A stretch of DNA of 64,000 bases from positions 4,536-68,535 of the forward strand of contig JBBDNB010000045.1 of the NCBI GenBank assembly GCA_040877935.1. The letters run 5' to 3'. The notes beneath the pieces were generated by a model that had not been told where the DNA came from, searched no databases, and saw nothing but the letters and a program-made list of their open reading frames with translations. This stretch comes from Chitinophagales bacterium. GTDB taxonomy: Bacteria > Bacteroidota > Bacteroidia > Chitinophagales > CAIOSU01. The position numbers and the translations under genes are program-made. Every line of letters begins with the position of its first letter. Position 1 is the first letter of the stretch. This document shows positions 46,922-56,857 of the stretch, piece by piece.

Positions 46922-48535
46922 ATGAACAAGCAAATTGTTTACGGCATAGTCGTTTTGATGGCCATAGTGCTCATTGGCATGGTTACCATTCAGATCTATT
47001 GGATAAACAATGCTTTAACCCTTAAAGAGCAACAATTCTACCAAGATGTAAAACATGCTCTAAAGCGCGTGTCTTTTCGTTTGGAGCGACAGGAAGCTAT
47101 GCGCTTATTTTCCGGCAATGGTTTTGTAAATAATTCTAACATCAATTATAATAATTATTCTGTCAGAAATGAAGATCCTGCGCTTGTTGATAGTGCTCAA
47201 TACAGTAAAGAAGATGTTTATTCAAGTGCCTTCAGCAGTTTTTTTTCAGCATATAACAAGGTCTGCCTCGATACTAATATCTCTGTAATTTGTGATAATA
47301 AAAGAAAATATCGTGGTGAGATTTTAGTGCATATTTCTGATTCAATTCAGCGTATAGTTGTGGAGCACAACAACGAAAACGAATTGCACAGAGCAATGCA
47401 ATCACAATTGGCCAAATTGCACTACAAGCAAAGTATGATCGATGATATCTTTTTGCAGTTCTTTCGTGCCAGTACAAATCTTACAGAGCGTATTCCTACA
47501 GCAGAACTTCAAAAGATTGTGCGCGAAGAATTAGATCGTGTAGGCATAAAAACGCCTTTTGAATATTTACTGGTCAATGATTTTGGAGTATTGATTTCTA
47601 AAAGCCGGGATTTTGACCCGGAAAATGCCCGCTCGGCACATCGGATGGCGCTTTATCCTAATGATATCTTTGGGGAGCAAAATCACCTGATCGTTTATTT
47701 CCCAAAACAGCGAAATTATATAATAAGTAGTCTTAGTATGATGTCCACCTCTTCAATGGGCTTAATCTTAATTATATCTCTTTGTTTTTCATATGTGGTT
47801 TATACAGTGTTTCAGCAGAAAAAGCTTTCTGATATGAAAACCGATTTTATAAACAACATGACCCACGAGCTTAAAACCCCCGTAGCTACTATATCTCTGG
47901 CCAGCGAAATGCTTAAAAGTAAATCTATTGCCGAAAATTCAGATCGAAGAGACAGATATGCCCAGATAATTCATGATGAGAATAAGCGTTTGGGAAACCA
48001 GGTAGAGAAAGTGCTCCAGATGGCGGTAATGGAAAAAGGAGACTTTAATCTGAAAATTCAAAAAATTTCTGTGAATGAATTAATATTAAAAGCATTGGAA
48101 AAAGTAAACCTTCAAATTGAGTCTAAAAATGGAAGTTTACAAACAAACTTTCAGGATGAAGAGTTGTATATTGAAGCAGATCAATTACATTTCACAAACA
48201 TAATTTTTAATTTGCTCGACAATGCTATAAAATATTCTAAAGATGTTCCGTTTATAAAGGTGAGTAGTAAAGACTTGGGAAATAGTATAGCTATATCCGT
48301 CACTGATAAGGGAATAGGTATGGATAAAGAAGAAAAAAAGCGCATATTTGAGAAGTTCTACCGAGTACCAACTGGAAATATACATAATGTGAAAGGTTTT
48401 GGTCTTGGATTAAGCTATGTAAAAGCAATGTTGGATGCACATGGAGGTACAATAAAATTATTGAGTCAGCCCGGGAAGGGCAGTACCTTTACGGTGATAT
48501 TTCCTAAAAAACAAAATCAACAAAATGTCGGATAA
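46922..48535 (+). CDS. rprX: Sensor histidine kinase, RprX-like
   Basis: Two TM, NNMTHELKTP, NLLDNAIKYS, DKGIG, GFGLGLSYV. Confidence 0.85.
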   Translation: MNKQIVYGIVVLMAIVLIGMVTIQIYWINNALTLKEQQFYQDVKHALKRVSFRLERQEAMRLFSGNGFVNNSNINYNNYSVRNEDPALVDSAQYSKEDVYSSAFSSFFSAYNKVCLDTNISVICDNKRKYRGEILVHISDSIQRIVVEHNNENELHRAMQSQLAKLHYKQSMIDDIFLQFFRASTNLTERIPTAELQKIVREELDRVGIKTPFEYLLVNDFGVLISKSRDFDPENARSAHRMALYPNDIFGEQNHLIVYFPKQRNYIISSLSMMSTSSMGLILIISLCFSYVVYTVFQQKKLSDMKTDFINNMTHELKTPVATISLASEMLKSKSIAENSDRRDRYAQIIHDENKRLGNQVEKVLQMAVMEKGDFNLKIQKISVNELILKALEKVNLQIESKNGSLQTNFQDEELYIEADQLHFTNIIFNLLDNAIKYSKDVPFIKVSSKDLGNSIAISVTDKGIGMDKEEKKRIFEKFYRVPTGNIHNVKGFGLGLSYVKAMLDAHGGTIKLLSQPGKGSTFTVIFPKKQNQQNVG

Positions 48536-49223
48536 AACTAAAGTATTACTATTAGAAGATGACCCAAACCTGGGCTTTGTGTTGCAGGAATTTTTAGAAC
48601 ATGAAAGTTATGAAGTAAAGCTGTGCGAAGATGGCGAAATTGGGCTCAGGGCTTTTAACAATGACAATTACGATATCTGTATTGTAGATGTGATGATGCC
48701 CAAAATGGATGGATTTACCTTTACCAAGCAGGTCCGCAAGCAAGACAAGGAAACGCCCATTATTTTCCTCACGGCCAAATCGATGAAAGAAGACAAGCTG
48801 GAAGGTTTTAAACTAGGTGGCGATGATTACATCACCAAGCCCTTTAGCATGGAGGAATTGGAAATGCGTGTAAGTGCGGTGCTGAAAAGAACCAAGGGCA
48901 ACCATGAGGAAGAGGAGAAAAATCAATTCGAAATCAGTGCTTTTTTCTTTGATTATCCGGCACAGGTGCTAAAAATAGGAGAGGAGCAACAAAAGCTTAC
49001 TACCAAGGAAGCAGAACTTTTGAAGCTGCTGTGCCTTAATGTCAATAAGGTTTTGGAGAGGGAAATTGCTTTAAAATTGATTTGGGGGAATGACAATTAT
49101 TTCACCGGAAGAAGTATGGATGTGTTTATCACCAAGCTGCGCAAATACCTTAAGAAAGATTCAAAAGTGGAGATTGTAAATGTGCACGGCACCGGATATA
49201 AATTGATGGTTCGCGAGGAATAA
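48525..49223 (+). CDS. rprY: OmpR-family response regulator, RprY-like
   Basis: LLEDD, DVMMP, DDYITKPF, RSMDVFITKLRKYL. Confidence 0.88.
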   Translation: MSDKTKVLLLEDDPNLGFVLQEFLEHESYEVKLCEDGEIGLRAFNNDNYDICIVDVMMPKMDGFTFTKQVRKQDKETPIIFLTAKSMKEDKLEGFKLGGDDYITKPFSMEELEMRVSAVLKRTKGNHEEEEKNQFEISAFFFDYPAQVLKIGEEQQKLTTKEAELLKLLCLNVNKVLEREIALKLIWGNDNYFTGRSMDVFITKLRKYLKKDSKVEIVNVHGTGYKLMVREE

Positions 49224-49332
49224 AGCTGGTTTTTTATCTCGATTGATTCTTATTGCACTAAACAGATAAGGGCATAAATTTGAAAATATTTGTGCAGCTT
49301 AAATATTGTTTTAGCACATAAAACTAAACTGC

Positions 49333-49434
49333 TTATTTCCCCTTTTTATAATCGAAATAATAAGCAATAACCACGGCAATCAAAACGATGACCAAACCTA
49401 TTTTTACAATATCTGCTGAATATTCATTTCCCAT
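49333..49434 (-). CDS. 33-aa single-TM microprotein (not in the ORF track)
   Basis: MGNEYSADIVKIGLVIVLIAVVIAYYFDYKKGK*; ATG 2 bp after the glycosyltransferase stop. Confidence 0.6.
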   Translation of the reverse strand: MGNEYSADIVKIGLVIVLIAVVIAYYFDYKKGK

Positions 49435-49436
49435 TT

Positions 49437-50621
49437 TTATAGAATTGATTGATAGAAATTAATCCATTGTTTTTTGATGTTTGCGATGCTGTAAAGTTGC
49501 TGAAATCTTTTGAATCCCTTATCGGCTAATGAATTTTGTAAATCTTTATTTTCAAGTAAATCCCTGAGATTTTTTTTAAACTCAAGAGCCGTATCAGCAA
49601 GTAGCAAATGTTCTTTGTCTTTTAAATCAAGCCCCTCGGCACCAAGGCTTGTCGTCAGTATTGCCAAGTGATTCGCCAGGCCTTCCAAAATTTTAATGCG
49701 AATACCACTACCGGCAAATAATGGAACAAGCATAATGGCATGTTGTTTTAAAAATTCCTGCGTATTTTCTACTTCTCCAATAATATTTACTCCTGGAAAA
49801 TCCCAATTTAGAATAGACTGTGGCGCACCCCGGCCAGCAATATTGAATTGAGCATCGGGGAACTGCTGATGTATTTCAGCCCACACATTTTTAAGAAACC
49901 ATTCCAAGCCCAGTTGATTGGGATACCAATCTAGGGCACCGAGATAGCAAATGTTTTTTTGAGCTTTTTTATCTGTCGGTAAATCTGCTTCTAGCCCAAA
50001 AGGAATTACTTTAGTTGGAACAGAACTATTATTGGAAATCCACTCCGCATCAACTGGACTGATGGCTGCAATGAAATCCACTTTTTTAATAAAAGCAGTT
50101 TCAAATTTCTTTAGCCTTTTTGCCAATAATTTGATGTATAGCTTTTTAAAGGGATTTGAGGTAATCTCGTAATTGGTCTCCCAAATTTTATGCTCCAGAT
50201 TGTGCGCCCGATAGACAATCTTTGCTTTTGAATGTCTTCTGATCAATTTCAGATAAGGCGCTACATACAAGCTCTCCAACTGAATGATATCAAATTTTTC
50301 GTTTATTAATTTTTGCTCAATGAGCTGGGCAAAATCACTGTTCCAAAAGCGACTGATATTGTAGGATTCGGAACTGAATAGATTTAGTAAAGCTTCTAAG
50401 GGCCTTACTTTTATATCGACAAAGTGGCTGTCAAAATTGGTGTTTTTTCTGTAAGCTTCCGTTTGCAAATTTTCATCCACTGGGTGCTTAAAAGTCTCAA
50501 TGGCCAAAACCTGAACATTTATATTTTGCTCCATTAAAGTTTCCGTAACCTGATGCATGGCTTTGCAACCACCATCAATAGGAGGGAAGGGCGGTTTGTG
50601 GCAAATTTGCAGGATTTTCAT
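49437..50621 (-). CDS. GT4-family glycosyltransferase
   Basis: PFPPIDGG, HNLEH, GSGIRIKILEG, GAEG. Confidence 0.9.
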   Translation of the reverse strand: MKILQICHKPPFPPIDGGCKAMHQVTETLMEQNINVQVLAIETFKHPVDENLQTEAYRKNTNFDSHFVDIKVRPLEALLNLFSSESYNISRFWNSDFAQLIEQKLINEKFDIIQLESLYVAPYLKLIRRHSKAKIVYRAHNLEHKIWETNYEITSNPFKKLYIKLLAKRLKKFETAFIKKVDFIAAISPVDAEWISNNSSVPTKVIPFGLEADLPTDKKAQKNICYLGALDWYPNQLGLEWFLKNVWAEIHQQFPDAQFNIAGRGAPQSILNWDFPGVNIIGEVENTQEFLKQHAIMLVPLFAGSGIRIKILEGLANHLAILTTSLGAEGLDLKDKEHLLLADTALEFKKNLRDLLENKDLQNSLADKGFKRFQQLYSIANIKKQWINFYQSIL

Positions 50622-50624
50622 TTT

Positions 50625-51374
50625 TTATGGATGTGCCAAAAAATAATAGTGAATGCCATTATAGAATTGCTGGCAAAAATTTTCTTTTTCCAATGCAGGT
50701 TTTCCGCACAAGTATGCATCTAAATTAGAGATTTTCAAATCACAAGCAGAAATAAAGTCAAAAAGCATTTCGGGTTTTGTGCCATAGCAATCTGCTGCTC
50801 CCAGGCCGTGCTCAAAAATGATGTGTGGCTGCCATTTTTCAATGGTTTTTTTTGCGCCCTGCAACACGCCAAGTTCGCCACCTTCTACATCTATCTTGAT
50901 AAAGTGAATGGGCAGGTCAGGATCAATCAGATCGTCCAGAGCTGCTTTTTCCACTTTTATTTTTTCGGTTTCCTCTTTATTTCTATCAAATTTTCGCTTG
51001 CGAATTCCGCTGTATGCCGGGTTGGATTTTACATAGGTAAATTCCGTTTCGCCTTTTTCATTGGAAAGTGCATGTGGAAGGATGCTTATCTTACCATTGC
51101 TTTTGTACCGCTCTACCAGTCTCTTGTAAAAATTGGGCAGGGGCTCAAACCCAAAGTGATTTCCATTGGGAGAGAATTCAATTATTTTATCCAGAATTTC
51201 GCCTTTATGGCAACCGATGTCTATGCAATTAGAATTGGCATTCAGCAGCTTCTGCATCAGAGCAATGCTCTCCAAATCGTACAATCTATTATTTACCCTT
51301 CCCGAAATGGAAGAGCCATTTGTTGCCTTTCTGATAAAAGTGTGGAGTAAAATGCGCTGTTTAATAAATTTCAA
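50625..51374 (-). CDS. FkbM-family methyltransferase
   Basis: IDIGCHKG, FEP, FIKIDVEGGELGVLQG. Confidence 0.9.
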   Translation of the reverse strand: MKFIKQRILLHTFIRKATNGSSISGRVNNRLYDLESIALMQKLLNANSNCIDIGCHKGEILDKIIEFSPNGNHFGFEPLPNFYKRLVERYKSNGKISILPHALSNEKGETEFTYVKSNPAYSGIRKRKFDRNKEETEKIKVEKAALDDLIDPDLPIHFIKIDVEGGELGVLQGAKKTIEKWQPHIIFEHGLGAADCYGTKPEMLFDFISACDLKISNLDAYLCGKPALEKENFCQQFYNGIHYYFLAHP

Positions 51375-51523
51375 GTTCTTTGCTTGATTTTGCTTTTATG
51401 TGATTTCTTGAGTTCAAAAAAACGAATTAATTCTCGAATCCCTATGATTGAATGTTTTTTTAGCGATTAGGGTTTATGCTATTTAACAAACAGTAATTAT
51501 TATCTTTAGATAAATCGATAAAT

Positions 51524-51766
51524 ATGCGAACCATACAGCTCAATATTCCAGATTCAATTGACTTAAATGACAGGGATGCTAAAATGTTATTTGCTTCACG
51601 ATTATATGAAATAGGGAAGCTCTCACTTGGTCAAGCCGCTGAATTGGTTGGGTTGAGCAAAGGTGCGTTTATGGAGCTGCTAGCAGATTATAATGTGCCT
51701 TTGATTAATCATCCTTCATCTGACTTGGACAATGATATAGAAAATGCAAAAGATTATAGTATCTGA
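51524..51766 (+). CDS. UPF0175-family putative antitoxin
   Basis: LYEIGKLSLGQAAELVG...FMELL. Confidence 0.88.
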   Translation: MRTIQLNIPDSIDLNDRDAKMLFASRLYEIGKLSLGQAAELVGLSKGAFMELLADYNVPLINHPSSDLDNDIENAKDYSI

Positions 51767-52199
51767 TACAAGTTGTTTAATTCTACTTCAAAAAATTGGT
51801 AGGCTTTCTTTATTAAAGCAGCTTTTTGGAAAGGTTAAGATTACATCTGTTGTTGCTAAAGAATTTGGGGCTGAACTCCCAGATTTTATTGAAATTGAAA
51901 ATCCTGAAAACACACGATATCAAAATATTTTAGAATCTTTTTTAGATTCTGGTGAATCTAGTGCCATTGCTTTGGCAATTGAAAAACAAGATGTACTGCT
52001 TATAATTGATGAAAACAAAGCGCGTCAAAAAGCTAAGCAGCTAAAATTAAAATATACTGGCACTATAGGAATATTGATAGTAGCTAAGCAAAAGAATTAC
52101 ATTAATTCAATTACAGAAATTATTCAGCAAATCTTGCAAACTGACTTTAGAATTTCTAAGGCATTAATTGAAGAAGCTAGAAGAAGGTGTAATGAATAA
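51744..52199 (+). CDS. DUF3368 PIN-domain putative toxin
   Basis: IVSDTSCLI, LDSGESSAIALA, IIDE, GTIGIL; overlaps the antitoxin. Confidence 0.88.
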   Translation: MQKIIVSDTSCLILLQKIGRLSLLKQLFGKVKITSVVAKEFGAELPDFIEIENPENTRYQNILESFLDSGESSAIALAIEKQDVLLIIDENKARQKAKQLKLKYTGTIGILIVAKQKNYINSITEIIQQILQTDFRISKALIEEARRRCNE

Positions 52200-52203
52200 A
52201 TAA

Positions 52204-53391
52204 TCAATACCCAGCCTCATAAGGATATCTTTGATAATAGACCTCTTTGATCATATCTATCATGCGGGTGCGCATTTCTTCGATATTTTCTTTTTGAAGG
52301 GCACTTACAAATACGGCATTGTAATCGGTTTTCTTCTGCCAGGATTGTTCTAAATTGGCAAACAACTCCTCTTTTACGTCCGATTGCAGCAATTCATCAA
52401 ATTCCTGTTCCCTGTACAAATCCAACTTATTGAAAACATAGAGCGTTTGTTTTTCCTTTACGCCAATATCTTTCAGCGTTTCGTTTACCACCTTCATATG
52501 ATCTTCATAGCTGGGGTGCGAAAGGTCAGTTACATGGATTAAAATATCGCTTTCGCGTACCTCATCCAATGTAGATTTAAAGCTTTCAACCAGATGGTGG
52601 GGCAGCTTTCTGATAAAACCCACCGTATCTGATAAAAGAAAAGGAATCCGGTCGATCACTACTTTGCGCACTGTAGTATCAAGTGTAGCAAATAATTTAT
52701 TTTCCGCAAATACATCCGATTTGCTCAGCAGGTTCATAATCGTGGATTTGCCCACATTCGTATAACCCACCAAAGCTACGCGCACCATCTTTCCCCTAGC
52801 TTTGCGTTGGGTGAAATTTTGCTTTTCAATTTTTTCCAATTGCTTTTTCAGCTTGGCAATCTTATCGTTGATTACCCTACGGTCGGTCTCGATTTCCTTT
52901 TCACCGGCACCACGCATCCCTATACCCCCTTTGATTCTATCCAAGTGGGTCCACATACCGCGAATTCTGGGCAATAAATATTGGATTTGCGCCAACTCTA
53001 CCTGTGTTTTGGCTTGCTGTGTTTTGGCCCTATTGGCAAAAATATCCAGAATCAACATGCTGCGATCCAGGACTTTACATTTCAGTGCTTTTTCGATGTT
53101 GCGCTGTTGTGAAGGAGAAATTTCATCATCAAAAATTACGAGGTCAATCTCGTGTTCCTCCACATAATTGCGAACTTCCTCCAATTTACCTTTACCGATA
53201 TAGCTTCTTTTATCTGGTCGGTCGAGTTTTTGGAAATAGCGTTTTTTGGTGATGGCTCCTGCGGTATGGGCCAAAAATTCCAATTCGTCAAGGTATTCCT
53301 GAAGTGCTTTTTCATCCTGCTCCAGCGTAACTAAACCAATCAGTACCGCAGTTTCTTCTTTATCTACATCAATGCCTTGAAGGGTGTCCAT
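52204..53391 (-). CDS. hflX: GTPase HflX
   Basis: GYTNVGKST, LFATLDTT, DTVGFI, NKLD. Confidence 0.97.
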   Translation of the reverse strand: MDTLQGIDVDKEETAVLIGLVTLEQDEKALQEYLDELEFLAHTAGAITKKRYFQKLDRPDKRSYIGKGKLEEVRNYVEEHEIDLVIFDDEISPSQQRNIEKALKCKVLDRSMLILDIFANRAKTQQAKTQVELAQIQYLLPRIRGMWTHLDRIKGGIGMRGAGEKEIETDRRVINDKIAKLKKQLEKIEKQNFTQRKARGKMVRVALVGYTNVGKSTIMNLLSKSDVFAENKLFATLDTTVRKVVIDRIPFLLSDTVGFIRKLPHHLVESFKSTLDEVRESDILIHVTDLSHPSYEDHMKVVNETLKDIGVKEKQTLYVFNKLDLYREQEFDELLQSDVKEELFANLEQSWQKKTDYNAVFVSALQKENIEEMRTRMIDMIKEVYYQRYPYEAGY

Positions 53392-53448
53392 ATATAATTT
53401 TTTGTAAAAACTTGATAGTCATAAATAGCTGATTATTCCTTTTAACTA

Positions 53449-53590
53449 TTGGTCAGTATAACCACAAAAATCTTAATTTTCAGTTTTTGAGCGAACTAAG
53501 ATATTATTTAGGTGCATGGCTTCAAAACTGAGAGATTCCAAACGTTTCACGAATTTAAATGAAATAATCTTCACTACACTGAGATTTCAA
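53449..53590 (-). pseudogene. Decayed DUF5615 (PIN-like) toxin remnant
   Basis: ISFKFVKRLESLSFEAMHLNNILVRSKTEN*DFCGYTDQ directly after the DUF433 gene. Confidence 0.6.
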
Positions 53591-53803
53591 TATACCAAAT
53601 TCTTTAGCGATTGACCTGATAAGTAAAGTTTTGCAAAATTTAAGCTTGCCAAGATATCTTCCTTTTCTAGTTCTTTGTGTTCATTGAGTATTTCTTCAAC
53701 GGTCATATCTGAGCCCAACATGTCAATTATTACTTCAACAGGCCACCTCATACCTCTTATGCAAGGTTTGATCAATTGTAATTCTGTCTAATAACTTGCT
53801 CAT
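53587..53803 (-). pseudogene. Frameshifted DUF433 antitoxin
   Basis: ATG at 53803 gives MSKLLDRITID; KPCIRGMRWPVEVIIDML continues in another frame. Confidence 0.8.
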
Positions 53804-53996
53804 ACATTTCGAATTTACAAAGCAATAACATTTAAATAAAGGTATTGATTCTTTAAGAATTCGAGTATAATAAATAGATTAGTTTTAAACTTGAAATTTT
53901 TCAGTCAAGTTCTTTTTTGCTGGAAAGAAAGGAAGTTTGCATTTAATTTTAAAAAACTGGTTGCCCGCTCTTTTAAAATCTTGCTTAACTAGAACT

Positions 53997-55397
53997 TCAA
54001 ATATGCAAAGCCCTATTGTCCGTAGCGGCCAGACAGGCTTCTTTGAATGCCTCTGTATAAGTTGGGTGCGCATGGCTCATTCTAGCAATGTCCTCTGCTG
54101 ATGCACGGAATTCCATAGCTACAACAGCTTCTGCAATTAAATCGGCTATTCGTGGGCCAATCATATGTACACCTAGAATTTCATCGGTTTCCTTATCGGT
54201 TAATACCTTTACAAAACCTTCCAAATCCATACTCGCTCTAGCACGACCACTCGCCTTGAAAGGGAATGAGCCGCTTTTGTATTCCACGCCATCTTCTTTG
54301 AGCTGCTCCTCTGTTCTACCTACTCCTGCCACTTCTGGCCAGGTGTATGCCACAGAGGGAATCAAATTGTAATCGATATGTGGTTTTTGTCCGGCAATGA
54401 TTTCAGCAACGGCCGAACCTTCATCTTCGGCTTTGTGGGCCAACATTGCTCCCTTAACTACATCGCCAATGGCATAAATGCCCTCCACCTTAGTTTCGAA
54501 TCTATCGTTGATCTCGATTTTTCCCTGCTTGTCGGTTTCCAGTCCAATTTTGTCCAATCCAAGGCCTTCGGTATAAGCCCTTCTGCCAACGCTTACCAAA
54601 CAGTAATCGCCTTTGAACTCCACTTTTTCGCCTTTGGCATTTTCAGCCGTAACAGTAGTGCTTTTACTTGTGGCTTTGGCACCCGTAACTTTATGGCTCA
54701 GGAAGAATTTAATGCCCAATTTTTTCATTGATTTGAGCAATTCTTTTCCCAATGCTTTGTCCATTGTTGAGATCAATCCATCTGAATATTCCACAATTTC
54801 CACTTCTGTTCCCAATCGGGCATAGACTGAACCCATTTCCACGCCAATTATTCCACCACCTATTACGACCATTTTTTTGGGCAATGATTTCAATTCCAAT
54901 GCTTCGGTAGAAGTGATGATGCGTTTTTTATCAATTTCAATTCCGGGCAATGAAGAAGGCTTGGAACCTGTGGCAATAATTGTTTTATCGGTTTCTATTT
55001 CTTTGCTTTTGCCATCTTTTCCCTTAATGGAAATCTTGTTTTTATCGACAAAGCTGCCCACTCCGGTAAAGACTTCGATTTTATTTTTCTTCATCAAAAA
55101 ATCAATGCCCGAAGTATTTTGCTTCACTACATCTGCTTTACGGGCAATCATTTGAGGAAAATCCACTTTTAGGTCTTTGAGCTGAATGCCGTGTTTTTCA
55201 AATTTTTTCTCTGCATTGTGATAATGCTCAGAAGAGTCCAATAAGGCTTTAGAGGGAATGCATCCTACATTTAGACAGGTTCCACCAAGTGAATCGTATT
55301 TTTCAATTATGGCTGTTTTAAATCCCAATTGGGCAGCGCGAATGGCTGCTACATATCCACCGGGGCCAGAGCCGATTACAGTCAAGTCAAATTTCAT
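53997..55397 (-). CDS. lpdA: Dihydrolipoyl dehydrogenase (E3)
   Basis: GSGPGGY, GGTCLNVGCIPSK, HAHPT. Confidence 0.97.
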   Translation of the reverse strand: MKFDLTVIGSGPGGYVAAIRAAQLGFKTAIIEKYDSLGGTCLNVGCIPSKALLDSSEHYHNAEKKFEKHGIQLKDLKVDFPQMIARKADVVKQNTSGIDFLMKKNKIEVFTGVGSFVDKNKISIKGKDGKSKEIETDKTIIATGSKPSSLPGIEIDKKRIITSTEALELKSLPKKMVVIGGGIIGVEMGSVYARLGTEVEIVEYSDGLISTMDKALGKELLKSMKKLGIKFFLSHKVTGAKATSKSTTVTAENAKGEKVEFKGDYCLVSVGRRAYTEGLGLDKIGLETDKQGKIEINDRFETKVEGIYAIGDVVKGAMLAHKAEDEGSAVAEIIAGQKPHIDYNLIPSVAYTWPEVAGVGRTEEQLKEDGVEYKSGSFPFKASGRARASMDLEGFVKVLTDKETDEILGVHMIGPRIADLIAEAVVAMEFRASAEDIARMSHAHPTYTEAFKEACLAATDNRALHI

Positions 55398-55433
55398 TTC
55401 AATGTTTTTATTTTAAAGCAATTTATTTTTTCT

Positions 55434-55569
55434 AACCGCAAAGTACTCTGAGTTTTTCGCAAAGGACGCAAAGTATTTACAAGTTATTTACTACTCTTTT
55501 TATTCCATTTTTCAGCAAAGTCGTTCCAGATAATTTCTCTTCGAATCTATCATAGCGCTCTTTGCGGTT
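55434..55569. repeat. Non-coding element with 10-bp terminal inverted repeats and CGCAAAG repeats
   Basis: AACCGCAAAG (55434-55443) / CTTTGCGGTT (55560-55569); CGCAAAG also at 55458 and 55467. Confidence 0.65.
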
Positions 55570-55574
55570 TTACT

Positions 55575-56846
55575 CTACAAATCTAAAAGCACTTCTGCAG
55601 GATCGGATCCAAACAACATATGGCTCGGGTTCTCGAGCAAATTTTTCACATTTACCAAAAAGCTCACCGATTCTTTTCCATCAATAATTCTGTGATCGTA
55701 GGACAATGCCAAATACATCATGGGGCGAATTTCCACCTTTCCATTGATGGCCATTGGGCGATCTTCAATTTTGTGCATTCCCAAAATAGCAGATTGGGGA
55801 GCATTCAAAATAGGTGTTGACATCAATGAGCCAAAAACACCACCATTGGAGATGGTAAAGGTTCCACCTGTCATCTCGTCCATGGTCAATACGCCATCCC
55901 TTCCTTTTATGGCCAATTCCCTAACAGATTTTTCTATATCCGCCAAGGAAAGCGATTCTGCATTTCTGATAACAGGAACCACCAATCCTTTGGGTGTGGA
56001 AACGGCTATTCCAATATCACAATAATCGTGATAAACCACATGGTCTTCGTCAAGGATGCCATTTACGGCAGGGAAGTTTTGCAATGCAATGCAACAAGCT
56101 TTGGTGAACAAGGACATAAAGCCCAAACCGATGCCGTGTTTTTCCTTGAAATCCTCTTTGTATTTGTTGCGCAATTCCATCACGGCCGACATGTCCACTT
56201 CATTGAAAGTGGTGAGCATGGCAGTATCGTTTTTGGCAGCTACCAGTCTTTTGGCAATGGTCCTGCGCAGTTTTGACATTTTTTCTTTATTGGTATCCCT
56301 GCTGAAATCACCGGAAGCCAATGAACGGCCACCAATTTCAGTTTCACCGTTTTTCAACGCATCAATCACATCTGCTTTGGTAATGCGGCCTCCCTTTCCT
56401 CTGCCATCAATTTGTTTGCTGCTGATACTGTTTTCACGCATCATTTTTGCAGCGGCAGGTCCGGCATGTCCTTTAGCATTTGAATCTGAATCGGACTTTT
56501 CTTTAGAAGGCGTTTTGCTTTCCTTTTTTCCTTCCTCAGATTTGTCAGCTTCTTTCTCTTTTGACTTTTCTTCGTCTTTGCTTTCTTCCTTTTTTTCAGG
56601 AGCTTTTGCAGAAGTATCAATAATTGCAATTACATCACCTACATTTACATCGCTGTCTTCCTCCACCTTGAATGTAATGGTCCCGGCCTCTTCACTGGGC
56701 AATTCCATGGATGCCTTGTCGGATTCCAATTCAACGATTACCTGGTCTTTTTCAACGTAAGCACCTTCTTCTACCAACCATTTGGCAACGGTTACTTCTG
56801 TTACTGATTCCCCGACTGAGGGTATTTTTACTTCTACTTTAGACAT
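55575..56846 (-). CDS. sucB: 2-oxoglutarate dehydrogenase E2
   Basis: Lipoyl [24 protein letters not shown]. Confidence 0.97.
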   Translation of the reverse strand: MSKVEVKIPSVGESVTEVTVAKWLVEEGAYVEKDQVIVELESDKASMELPSEEAGTITFKVEEDSDVNVGDVIAIIDTSAKAPEKKEESKDEEKSKEKEADKSEEGKKESKTPSKEKSDSDSNAKGHAGPAAAKMMRENSISSKQIDGRGKGGRITKADVIDALKNGETEIGGRSLASGDFSRDTNKEKMSKLRRTIAKRLVAAKNDTAMLTTFNEVDMSAVMELRNKYKEDFKEKHGIGLGFMSLFTKACCIALQNFPAVNGILDEDHVVYHDYCDIGIAVSTPKGLVVPVIRNAESLSLADIEKSVRELAIKGRDGVLTMDEMTGGTFTISNGGVFGSLMSTPILNAPQSAILGMHKIEDRPMAINGKVEIRPMMYLALSYDHRIIDGKESVSFLVNVKNLLENPSHMLFGSDPAEVLLDL

Positions 56847-56857
56847 AATTTATAGCT

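Noticed and set aside
50808..51350. 180-aa + strand ORF
   Set aside because: Antisense to the FkbM methyltransferase
56056..56760. 234-aa + strand ORF
   Set aside because: Antisense shadow of sucB
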